Of a stretch of 64,000 nucleotides of DNA, positions 35,801 through 48,926 are shown in pieces. Each line of letters opens with the position of its first letter. Positions within the stretch are counted from its first letter, which is position 1. This DNA is from Zygnema circumcarinatum SAG 698-1b (Eukaryota > Plantae > Zygnematophyceae). Made by a program: the position numbers and the translations under genes. Location: assembly GCA_037447605.1 (NCBI GenBank), contig CM074818.1, forward strand, positions 818,617 through 882,616. Direction: 5' to 3'. The notes beneath the pieces were generated by a model. That model was not told the DNA's origin, did not search any database, and worked only from the letters and a program-made list of their open reading frames with translations.

Positions 35801-36404
35801 GGAGAGAGAGTGTGAGAGAGGAGGGGGGGTGAAAGGGACGGAGGGGAGGGGGGAGGGGAAAGGGCTGAGGGGGGGACGAGGGAGGGGGACGGGGAGGGGG
35901 AGAGAGATAGAGAGAGAGTGAGAAAGAAAGAACGGGACAGTGAGAGAGAGAGTAGGGAAGAGACGGAGAGATTTATTTGCTTCCCTCCGCCTCCAAGAGG
36001 GAGGCCTCCTACAGTGCGACATCCTTGTGAGGTCCAATCGGTGCAGGAAATTAGGGCCCACATTTGGTGAGCATGCGTCTTGCACGCACAGAGTGGGGGG
36101 GCGAGAGAAAGAGAGAGAGAGAGAGGGAGAGGGACGGGGAGCGAGAGAGAGAGAGAGAGCGGGAGAGATAAAGAGAGAGAGAGGATGAGAGGGAAAGGGG
36201 GACGGAGAGAGAGGGGGTGAGAGATAGAGAGCGGGAGAGATAAAGCAAGAGAGAGAGAGAGCGAGAGCGCATGTGCTGCTTAAAAATCATGTTTGCTACA
36301 AAACTCAAGGTTTGCATGTTGCATGGTTGACAAGTTGCAGTGCTGTACTTAGGTCTTTTGTTCTTCTCTCTCTCTCTCTTGCAGGAGAGCCCTTTGGGAG
36401 GCGC

Positions 36405-39400
36405 ATGGCCGCGGCTGTCCACAGTGCAATGTCCATGGACTCTCCGCAGCCTTCAAGGTCCCCGAACCTCCTCCCGGGGGAGATTGCGCTCTGCCAGGTG
36501 CGGACTTGCATGCATGCACGCACCTGACGATGGGAGGGTGCACTTTTTTAGCTACTTTAATTTTCATGGGGATGTGTAAGTTTGAGTATGGAACAGTTGA
36601 ATGTGTAACATTTACTATTTGAATAACTGTGAAACATTTTTTGCCTTGTTGTTCAGTTGTGGCCGGTGGAGAAGTGAAACTTGCTAGTTCGCAGTTAACT
36701 AGTTTTATTAACTAATTTCAACGCAACTTTCGAGTTCATGAGCACAGTTTTTAGCTTGATTTTCTAGAACTTGGAAATGTTCTTCTCTTGCGAGTTTAGT
36801 GCAGCACGTCCTGTCCGTACTGAAGAGTTGTGTTCCCCCGTGACGACCTCTTTTTTAAGATTGCAGATTCAAATACTTACAGAAATAAAAAACCGAGCTA
36901 GCTTACACTTGCTGAGTGGCCTTGTAATGTTTGGCTTTTTCCTTTCTCAGGTCGATGGCTGCAATGCGGATTTGAGTGGTCACAAAGAGTACTACCGCCG
37001 CCACCGAGTGTGTGAGATGCATGCGAAAGCTGTACAGGTCACTGTAGGCAATGAAACGCAGCGTTTCTGTCAGCAGTGCAGCCGGTAAGCTGATGCAGAC
37101 TAGTGGATTAAGATATGCGTATTTGGGTTATCATCATCTCCCTCAATGTTGCTGCATTCTGTGGTCGGGACGAAGGGTGAAGATAATTTATGGCAGACTT
37201 GTCGTCGCTTGTAAAGGCACGTGTTGGTGTAGATGTCACTTGACGGATCATTTTTCGTTTGCATGGTCTTTGATTTTTCCTTTTTCGTGAGCGGTTTTTC
37301 TTCTGCAGGTTTCATATGCTCGATTCTTTCGATGAGGGAAAGAGAAGCTGCCGTCGACGTCTTTTGGGACACAATCGGCGGAGAAGGAAACAATCTCAGA
37401 ATGCCGATTCATGGCCAGCCATACGAACGGACGGAGTGCAGACACCAGGTGAGGAACGCATATATGTATGCGATGTATCTATGATTGTATATGCGGGTTT
37501 CAGTTTGATATCGGCATCGTCTAATTCAAAGTTTTGTTAATGTCCCTATCTTTTTGAGACTTCAGGTCTGCAAGCCTAGGAGGACCAAAACTCGCGGAAA
37601 GCGCTTTTGCTCAGTCACATTGACAATCTCATCTTTTCGGAATTTCCTGTTTGCAGATAGTTTGCGGCGTTTAAACTCAGTTCATGATGCCCAGCAAGAC
37701 AGCAAGAGACTCCGCCTTTCTTCTGGTCAAGGAATGGGAATGGGCTCTCCAGACTCCATGACGAGGATCACAGGAAACTTAGATACAATGGGCCCCAAAG
37801 GAGGAGACATCCCCATTGGTTCGTTTTCGACTCCTGCTGGACTTCAGCAGTTAACACCAGGGGGGCGGAGTGGTAGTAATTATGGGGCAGCCGTTCCCTC
37901 TCTTTCTCCGTCGGAACTCTCCCTTCTCCTCCCACAGAGACCAAGTGGAAATCCGCAGATTGTGAACCAAGCAGTGCAGCCAGTCACATCCATTCTCCTT
38001 CGCCAAGCTGCTCAACTACAGACGGCTCCCCAAGCTGTAGTGCAGGTGGGTTCAACTCCAGTAAGGAATCTCGCAACTGGTCCATATTTGGGTCTTCTCA
38101 CGTCTGGTGGTGAATCTGGATTCAACCAGTCACCTAATGGGTCTCCCAGCAGCCTCGAAAAATCAACCTCTCAAGGACTCCTTTCCAGACCTACCGTCCC
38201 TCCTTTCCCTCTCCCTCATTCCCTCCCCCACCCGTCAAATAGTCACGGGGAGCGAGTAGGCAGTGAAGATTTTGTGGGGAGTGGTGAGTGTCAGGGCAGT
38301 GCCGAACCCAGTGTGAGTGGAGAGTTTGTGGGGGATGCACCGAACGGGAGCGAGGGGAAGAGGGAGGTAGGGAGAGAAGTGGGAGAGGAGACTGAGTGTG
38401 GTGAGGTGAAGGGGGAAGTGGTCTCTCCTTTGCCCCAGAGGCAAAGGTCATCTTCGGATGAGACGAGTGAGAGAGCTTCTACCTGGCCTAAGGAGGCAGA
38501 GGGGGTGCCACCTGTCAGCGACCCAATGCGCTTAGGGCTCTCCCTAAACTCCACAGAATTTCCGTCCGGAGATAACCCTCCGAGACATTTTCCTCTAAGG
38601 CAGCATCCTGGAGAAGAGGGAGCTTTGAGAAACCCTTCTCTTGATGATACCCCCGCAGTTTCTCAGCAAAGGGAACACTGGCTAGGGTTGGGCTCTGGGC
38701 TTGAACATATTGGAGGAGAGGGAGGCGGAGGAGAATCTTTGGCATTGGAGATCAGGATGAAGGCGGAGCAGGCGGGTGGGCGGAATTCCTCTGGGCCACC
38801 TGTCTACAGTAGACAGGTCAATTCCAATTTCTTGAATCTATGGAAAGGGTTGAAAACACCTACTTCAGAGTCTCCGGAGTGTAGGGTTAGAGAGAGGAGG
38901 GACCTTTGGAAGTTCGAGGGGATCAGCTTTCTGGAGGATTTATGAATGGAGAAGATGACCAGAAGAATTTGCATGATGTTCTTGGGAGCCGGCTATGGTG
39001 TAGCTGGTGGTGCTGTTTATTTTATGAGCTGGTGTCTTGAGCTGCTGAGGAGAGTGATTCTTAAGGGAGTTTAGAGCGCAGACTCAAAGAAGTATGGCAA
39101 CAGTCATAGGTAGTGAGAATGTACCTCCAATACCTTTTTCCATAGAAGAACAATCAAATGCATTTAGCCAATTAGAACAAATCTGGTGACGTCAGAGTAT
39201 CAACTCCCGTTGATGCCATTTCAGCTACTTAGTCGACTCCCCTTCCCCCCCCGCTCCCTTCCGTTCAGGATAAGACCATCATGTATTGGAAAACTGTTCC
39301 GACTCTTATTCCCCTCTTTTTGATTTTCGCTGACTTCACTGTCAATAATGACTCAAGCCAAAGGCTGCAACTCTGTCTCTTTCAGCCGATTATTCTTTGT

Positions 39401-42400
39401 GCAGCTACGCGAGTGGTACTATATGCAGGAAACCTTTATCCTTTACTTTTAGAGAAAGTATATTTAGCTGCATTTCAGGGGTGAATGGCTGGTTCAGGAC
39501 CGAACAGGACGAGTTTCACTGAAACTTTTTGACAGAAAACCCGAGGATTTGCCAGCCAACCTCAAGGAGCAGGTGAAGCAACCTGTCAAACAGCTCTATT
39601 TGCCTCACTGCCTTCCGTCCTCACATCCTTGCACCCCCTTCTTTCCCTCTTTCTTTGTATTCTTCTCCCCCCACCCCCCTTCTCCCTCTCCTATCTCCCC
39701 CTCAGGTGAATTCTATAGCAGAGCTACATACCCTGCAATTTCTAATGCGTTTTTGTTCATCTGTACAGGTGAATGAGTGGCTCGGCAAAAGTCCTTTGCT
39801 GATGGAGAATTTTGTTCGTGAAGGCTGCACTGTTGTTTCTTTCATCATGCGGCTGTCCTCAGCGGAGTGGACCAAGGCAAGCTCGTGAAGGTCACTTTTT
39901 CTCTTCATCTGCTGCTCAGAACTTCCTCTCAGGACTCGGAAATGCTGAATTGAACGTGTCTGTGTACTCCAAAACTTGAAGTCCTTTCCTTAAGTGCTGA
40001 AGTCCTCATGTAATGATCGCTGTTTGGTAGCCTTACAGAGGGAGAGGGAGAGAGGGAGAGAGAGAGAGAGAGACACAGGGTGGCCTTATCCATTTCCACC
40101 TGTGTAGAGGCACGCAATGGTTTCGATGCTCTTATAAGGACTTCCTCGCTTTGTCTCTGCTATTACCCGCAGCTGATCAGTTCTAGTTTCAGCCCCCCAT
40201 TGGGTTTCTTCCAAGTTAGTTTACTTTTCTGGTTATACTTCTTATGCTTTGCATTTGCACTTTGTATGCAGGTATCTGCAAATCTGCAGGAAAGCTTGGA
40301 GAGATTGGTCTGTGGGTCAGGCGCAGAGTTCTGGGGAAGTGGAGGCATTCTTGTACAGTGGGAAACCCAGATGGCCTTCATACGTGAAGGTGAATATGCC
40401 CTCATAAACTCAAACCTTTTCTGTTTTCGGTTCTCTCCATTACCATATACATATCGAGGAAGCAGAATATCATTCCTGATCTGATGCTCCCTCCTCCCCA
40501 CCCCCCTTCCCCTCGCCACCCCTTTTTTTTTTGGGTGAATTTGACAGGGAAAGTGCAGGAAGTCCCGGTTCCGCTATCTCGGCAACCTCCGATGATTCTG
40601 AGTGTGAAACCGTTTTGTGTGGCGGCTGGGAAGAGAGCTCTGCTCACTCTCTCGGGGTTCAATCTTTGCCCCCCAGATGCGCAGTATGCATACTTCCACC
40701 CGACCACTTTTTGTTTGATGATTTAGTTTTAATGTTCTTGAAATTTTCCGTCGGCAGCACCAGTTTTTCTTCTTGAGGTCGAACAGAGTGGGGGGAAGAC
40801 GAGTAGGGAAAGGAAAGAGCAACTCTATTATACTGTTACAGTACAGTCCTCCTCTGCACAATCTGTTCATGGAAGTTAAGTGTTCCAAGGTTCAAGTTTA
40901 ATCGACTGTTGAATGAAAGTGAAGTTAACAGAAATTTATCAAGCGATATCCGGGAACAATTACTTAATAACTGATCATGGAAATGCTCATCAAATCTTAT
41001 ATTTCGTGACTTCACTGTATTGTGCGTCCTTCTCATCGTTTTTGCAAAGTCCTCTCATAAACTAAGAATGTCAGCGTTCACTGAACTGCTTTTGTGAATT
41101 CCGAATGCAGAGCTGTCTGCTATGTTGGAGGAAAAGCGCACACTTCCTCGCCCCAGAAAGTACAGCGAACTCCCTCTCGAAGCTTTGGAGAGCACGGAGG
41201 CAGTGATTTGGAGAAGGGGAAGGAGGAATTGAACTTGGGAGAGAGAGCCTTTCGGGAGATGGAGGAGGTGCAAATTGTTATGCCTGTGGTGGAGGGTCTC
41301 TGCGGGCGAGTCTTTGTTGAGGTGAGCTTCCCATGAGGTTGACAATGTGGATAAATGGAACAAATTAAGGGGAGGGGAATCTAGGGTTTTGATGAGGTTT
41401 AGAGTTGGAGGGGGGCATGGTGAGACTTCAGAAACTTCTGAGCTTCAGATTACTTTCCAGGTCATATCAAGCCATAGTTAGCAGAAGTTTGTTCATATTC
41501 CCTCCGGTATCCCTATACTAAGCTATTCTACTGCCTGATTTTTGTGGTTTAGAAGTCACAGAAGCTTAAGCGAGACCTAATTTATTACCACTAATAGGGC
41601 TTGTGCTGCTGTCATACAAATCTGACTCCTCCTTTTGATGTAAATTGGCTGTTCTTAAAAGCCCAAAGGACCTCAAAAACCTCGTAGGTCTGCGTACTCC
41701 TCTCTCTCTCCGTCTCCTGATGTCACTCTCCCTTCCCCTCTGAAAGTATGCAGGTAGAGTCGTCTCTCTCTCCCTCTCCTTCTGATGTGACTCTCCTCCC
41801 GGAAAGTATGTAGGTAGAGTCGTCTCTCTCTCCCTCTCCTTCTGATGTAATTCTCCTCCCTTCCCCTCCCAAAAGTATGCAGGTAGAGTCGTCTCTCTCT
41901 CCCTCTCCTTCTGATGTGACTCTCCCCCTTCCCCCCCCCCCAAAAGTATATAGGCAGAGTCGTCTCTCTCTCCCTCTCCTTCTGAAGTGACTCTCCCCCT
42001 CCTCCCCCCCCCCAAAAGTATGCAGGTTGAGTCGTCTCTCTCTCCCTCTACCTCCGATGTGACTCTTCCCCCCCCTGAATGTATGCAGGTGGAGCACCTG
42101 ATCGGACCCTGCAGCAGCAATATCTGGCCGGTCCTCGTAGCCGACAAAGACGTCTGCAATGACATCGCAACTTTGGAGAGATTTTTGGACTCCGATTCTT
42201 CGTCTACCACAGGGGGACCCCCCGAAACTCAAATCCCAAGTACGGTAGAACTCCTCCATGACCTGGGGTGGGCCCTACAGGAGCTCAACCAGCTCAAGTC
42301 TGAGCTTGCAGCGAAAGAGGGAGAAGACCTCTCCGCTAATGAAACTGTCTCCCCCTCCCGAGGTGAATGCTACCACTTACCTGATCCGGCTTTGGAAGCT

Positions 42401-42487
42401 CTCATTCAACTCTGTATATCGAGAGGGCTCTGGGAAATAACAAAGCGGCTCCTCGACCTTGCTGTGGAGCGAAGAAAACTGGTGTAA
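36405..42487 (+). CDS. SPL: SQUAMOSA promoter-binding-like (SBP-box) transcription factor of the large SPL1/12/14/16 type; additional upstream exons are possible
   Basis: Spliced SBP domain CQ|[26 protein letters not shown]...QRFCQQCSR|[28 protein letters not shown]-terminal motifs [39 protein letters not shown] and LLHDLGW. Confidence 0.9.
41698..42090. repeat. About 60-70-bp minisatellite (about 6 units) built from the 3' splice site of the last SPL intron
   Basis: Repeated GTATGCAG|GTAGAGTCGTCTCTCTCTCCCTCTCCTTCTGATGTGACTCT. Confidence 0.85.
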
Positions 42488-42889
42488 TCCGTTGTTCCTT
42501 GTGGGAGAGAGAACTGAGAACTGAAATGAGCTTCCTCACATGGAAGGCCGCAGAACCCCTCAGAGAGTCTCCAGTGGCCCTTAGGTCGCCGTTTATAGCA
42601 TTGGAGGGTATGGAGGATCCCGGTGGCCGGTCGTCCGCTGCATAAAGTCAGCTCAGGTGTGAAGCAGGAGGGTTTGGGAACTCGGAGCCCATGACTTTAA
42701 CGAGGCTTTCACTAGTGGTTTCACCTGCTGGGTTCACAAATACTGAACTGAGAGACGGCTGCTGCCTGTAGGGTCTCAGTATGGAAGTGACCATATGTAA
42801 AGCTTGGCATGTTTGCTCTTGTAAAGGTAGGGGGGGGTCCTGGGCTGCTTCGCTGTCCTTTGCATCTTGTCCAGATTGAGACGGCCAGC

Positions 42890-43165
42890 ATATGGGTGCA
42901 TGCATGTATGGATGCATGGATGCATAATGTGTCCATAGGGATGAGTGGATGCATGGATTGATGGGTGCATGCATGTATGGATGCATGCGGCCATGGGTGC
43001 ATGGATGTGTGGATACATCTGGCCATTTGTGCATGGATGCATGGATGTGTGGATATATAGATGCTTAGGTGCACGGTTGTATGGATGCATGGATGCACGG
43101 GATGTATGGATGCATGGGTGCATGAGTGTATATGTGTGTGTCATGCATGCCCATGCCATGCATGG
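42890..43165. repeat. Low-complexity (ATGC/ATGG)n tract downstream of SPL
   Basis: tgcatgcatgtatggatgcatggatg... Confidence 0.75.
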
Positions 43166-44338
43166 AGTTGTCGTGAACATTGCGGTGACTCGTGTGATAA
43201 TTTTGATACTTGGAAAGAATGAGAGGTACGCGGCTGCTGTCCTTTTGTTTGTCTAAGGCTGTTACTTCATTGAGTGCTGAACTAGAAGCTCTCATTCTGC
43301 CTCGCTCCCTTCCTTGGTGTCCCTCTTCCTCTCCTTTTTGTTACTGTTACATCAACACCTCTCCCTTTCCCAATCTCCCCCTCCCTCCCCTCACCCTCTC
43401 TCCCACCTCCCATCCCACTATTGAGCTTGCCCTGAATCCCAACCCAGAAACCCCATAATTCATCACCACAGCACATCCAGTGCCCAAGTTCATGTTTCAT
43501 CGTTTCACACTTGGTTTCCCCTTCGGCAGTCCGAATTTGCTCGCTACTGATTCTCAACTTCCAGAATACGGAAATCAGTGGTCTCTCCACCTGTTCGGTT
43601 TTACGGCATTTTGGCCAACGGGAAAAAATTTCAAACAGGAAATAGTTAAAATTTTGGGCCAGTCCGCGAGACCGGCAAACCTACCAGACGGTCAGATCGG
43701 AGCTCTTTCACTAAAATATTTTCTTTTCCAAATCAAGAAAATTTATGGAATGTGATCGGACCGCCCATATCCATTGACTTTTTCAATACATGTAATCTGA
43801 ACCGTCCGCCGACCTTGGACTTTCTTCCGGGCAGCCTTTGAAAAGTATCAAGTTTCTAGAAGGGCCTACTTGGGGATTTCAGGATTCAAAAAAAACGAAA
43901 AAGAAAAATTCGATGTGCGATCTTTCTGAAATAAATACTTTACAGTGCACTTGTGATCTGAAAAATAGTCCTTGTTTCGATTTTGTTTTCAGTTTGAAGC
44001 TTTTGCAGGTCTGTAAAATTCCCAAAGCATTCTTGGACGAGTGGTAGGGTTTGGGGGCACGGGGGGGCCGGGGGGGTCATGGGTCATGACCGGGTCACGC
44101 GAGAAAAACCGTGCCCATCCATGCCCCTCCGTGCCCCCTACGTCAGCGTACCCCATGACGTCATGTCACGTCATTGCCTGGGCCGAGACGGTAACTGCTG
44201 ACATGGAACTCCCATGTGGAGGCAGCCATTCCGTAATGTTTGTACAATTTGTAGTTTTTCGTACGTGCGTTTGTACTGCTCGTACTGTACGCACGCGTCT
44301 CCGAACTGTACATGGTCCAATTTGAACTGTTCTATGCA

Positions 44339-44384
44339 GTCACGTCACGGGGCACTAGAAGGGGCACATGCCCCGTGACGTGAC
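44339..44384. promoter_or_regulatory. Perfect 16-bp inverted repeat (GTCACGTCACGGGGCA-N14-TGCCCCGTGACGTGAC) with TGACG elements, upstream of profilin
   Basis: The arms are exact reverse complements, about 210 bp 5' of the profilin ATG. The regulatory role is inferred. Confidence 0.5.
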
Positions 44385-44593
44385 CGAGCCTCCAACCCTA
44401 AAGAGTGGCCTTCCTCTCCCGCTTCCAACTGTCAACCTCTCTCCCTCTCCCTCTTCCGTCTCCCTCTCCCTCTTTCTCCCCCCTGCTCTCTCCTTCCCGT
44501 GTTCTCCCTCCCTCGGCCTCCTCTCTGTCCTTGTTGTTTGTGAGCAGGAGAAGCAGAGAGAAGGAGGAGGAGGCAGGCAGGCGAGCGGCCAAC

Positions 44594-45795
<1,202 letters not shown>

Positions 45796-46625
45796 ATGTG
45801 AAGCTGAAGCACTCTTCTTTTTTCTTAAACTGAACTGAAGATTGTGTGTGACTGGTGTGAAGATGTGCCTCATCACATCGTCTCCTTCTTAAGTTACAGG
45901 TATTCGCGGTCTAATGATGGTCATGCAAGACACTACTGAGGCTTCCCTGGCCTATTTCAGGTCATATATCTGCTTAAGCAATGCAATGACGCCTCACTGC
46001 GCCTTGTGAATGTCGGCATCAGTAGTGTTCTGAAGGAGGTTTTCCGACCCCCGAACCGAAGCTCGTGGAAATTTTAATTCATGTTTAAGTCCATGGAGAT
46101 CTCCAGAATCCAATTCTACATGTAACTGATCTTTATTATGTCGGTTTCCTTCAGTTTCCTCGTTTTCTATTCATATGATTGAAGCTTTCTTCAGGTTGTT
46201 GTGGAAACTGTTAAAGTGAGCTGCTCTATGCTTTTTCGTTTTCAGCAGTCCAATAGGAGACTGCCCAAAAGAAAATATCAATCTGCCCGTTTTGCAGTCA
46301 GAGACTCTCGTGAAGTCTGAACTTTTTCTATTAGCAGCCTATTCTCCCAATTAATGAAGTGAGCAGGATTACCAGAAATGAGAAGATATACTATTTTTTT
46401 GTTTGCAAGCATGAACTTGTCCCTTACGAAGTCTTGCATTCAGGGGAATCGCAACAGGTGGAAAGTCATCCAATTACGGATGCTTTCTGGGAGTTTTGTT
46501 TCTTCTGTCAATGTATCCATATTTTAGGGTTGTTCGTTGATGTGCAGCGCACCTTCTTTCCCACATTCTTTAGTAGGACGAGAGTTGAACTGTACTGCCT
46601 GACGCATCTGCTGCTTGGCATCTGC

Positions 46626-46671
<46 letters not shown>

Positions 46672-47494
46672 AGGCGAGGTCTGTTTGATGTATGTATATA
46701 TAGTTCTGAAACAGGATGGAGACCCTTCCTTATGCTCTTTCCCATCTCGTCGTGTGACTGCCAATCGCTTGTCGGTCGTGGTATTTGGAAGGTGTTGCAG
46801 GATGGGAGGCAATCTCTAGCAGTCTGAGAGTGGTTGCTTCCAGTAACTATCGTCGCTCGTTCTGTCTGTCATTGTCAATTGGACGCAGGTAGTGAATAAG
46901 AGTATGCAGCTTTCTTCATGCTTAGTATAGATAGATTCATGATATGAAAATGCACGAAAATGTAGGTCAGATTGTACCTGAGGGAGGAAATGCAGGGGAT
47001 TAGGGATGAAGATTAGGGGACCTCTTGGCCCTTGGAAAAAATCGGGATTCCAATGTGAAGGTAGGCATGAGAAGTCAGTCTGATAAGCAGTCTGAAGGAG
47101 GCAGATGGAGCATGGCTGACATCACTCTCTCCTCGACTCTCCTCTCACCCTATCCCTCCCTCTTCCCTTTTCTCCCCCCCTTCCCTCTCCTTCCTCACCC
47201 TCTCGTCTCAATCCCCTTCCCCTCCCCCCCCTCCATCCCGCTCACTCTGCATCAATGCCTGCACAGATGATATGATCCGAATGACAGGCTCCCAACTTAC
47301 AGGTTGAGGCAGGTTTACAGTTTAAACCGATCAATTCGAATTTCTTTTAGGAAGTCGATGGAACTCGGAAGGAAGTGAGGAGAAAACCTTAGGCAAGGAG
47401 ATTGCAACACGTGGATGCAGATAAAGTTGTTTGTTTGGGGTCCCTTGGCAGGCCCAAACTAATGCTTCCGACGTATCTGAATATCAGACAGTTA

Positions 47495-48225
47495 TGGACA
47501 GCCATTGGATAGCAATGGTTGGACCATCCAATGGTTCGCAACCATTGCAATGGGCTTTCTATGGTCAGAACCATTGGCAAAGGTTGGCAACCATTGAATC
47601 CAATGGTCTGGAACTACTGGTGCAATCAACCTGTGGTTTGAAGTTTGAATCATTGATGGGCAAATAGTCCTCGTCTCCTATTTTCGGCCCCAGTGAACGG
47701 TTTCAGGAAAGGCTCCATTAGGGCGTGTCAGACTTAACAATTGGTATGGGTCCAAACCTTGATCAGCAATTTTTTCTGTGAAAATTTGTCTATTTTTGGT
47801 AATATGTCTAACCATTGCCAATGGTTGGCTGCCATTGGCTGGACCCAATAGCTTCCAACCGCTGGCGACGGAATGAAACAACCATTGCTAGCAGTTCTGA
47901 ACCATTGGTTGGCGGATGCTGGCACACTGTTGCCAATGGCTGTGAACCGATGGCAATGGTTGAGAACCATTTGGCAGCCAACCATTGATCATTCAAAATG
48001 GCCAAACCGATGTTCGGAGACAAGCTCATTCAACAACAAGATTGGTCCTTTGTGACCGGTTGGTTCCTCTTGATCCCTCATGTTGTTGTTGTTTGCTTGC
48101 CATGCACCTCTCATGGCATTGCCATGCGTGAGACCCATGCCAATGCACCATCCCATGTTCTATGGACCAATGGTTCACAAGTCGAGACCAAACTATGAAC
48201 CATAAACTGCCATTGCCCATGGTCG
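47495..48225. repeat. Dispersed repeat rich in AACCATTG(G)/(C)CAATGGTT motifs; related stretches at 33855-33900 and 53915-54055
   Basis: Many copies of the motif in both orientations; possibly a non-autonomous transposon. Confidence 0.5.
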
Positions 48226-48654
48226 CACAAATCTCACAAATCTGCTCTGCATAGAACGGGCGATCTCACAACAGCACAGAACAGCATTTTTACACCATAG
48301 ATGCGCGCCCCTCCTTCCTAGAAGCTTCCTTCGCCACGCGGCCCAATCGGAGCGCTCGGCGCCGCCGTCGTCCCAAGAACTCGCCGCGGCTTCGTTCGTA
48401 CGGTCCGAACGGTCAAACCGTACAGTCCAGGTAATACAAATCTTTCGTACAGTGTCGCGTCAGCATGCCACGTGGCAGAATCTGGCGACTTTGCTGGACC
48501 GTCAGCCAATCGGCGGTCCCTCCAAAGCAGGCTCGCACCTGCGAGGGACGGAGAGGCCAATCAGAGGGCGCCACGCTGGCAATAATTTTGGAGCAAGGCG
48601 GGAGGGCCGAGAGAGAGGGAAAGAGAGCGGGAGGGCAGAGATTGGGAGAGGGGG

Positions 48655-48692
<38 letters not shown>

Positions 48693-48926
48693 AGGGAGGG
48701 AGGGAGGGAGAGGGTGAGGGAGAGGGAGGGAGGGGGAGTGGGAGGAAGAGGGAGAGGAAGAGGGAGAGGGAAGGAGGGAAAGTGAGGGAGAGTGAGGGAG
48801 AGTGAGGGAGAGGAGAGAGGTGAGGAGATAGGGAAAGAGGAGAGGGAGCGGGAGGGAGGGGGAGGGAGAGGGTTCGCAGGGATTCAAGGACTTCAGCTTT
48901 CGGGTTTTGAGCGGGTTCCAGGGACG

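Noticed and set aside
35300-36070. Separate gene upstream of SPL (ORFs 35333-35560, 35455-35694)
   Set aside because: No recognisable motifs; more likely SPL 5' UTR exons and introns, which cannot be resolved without transcripts.
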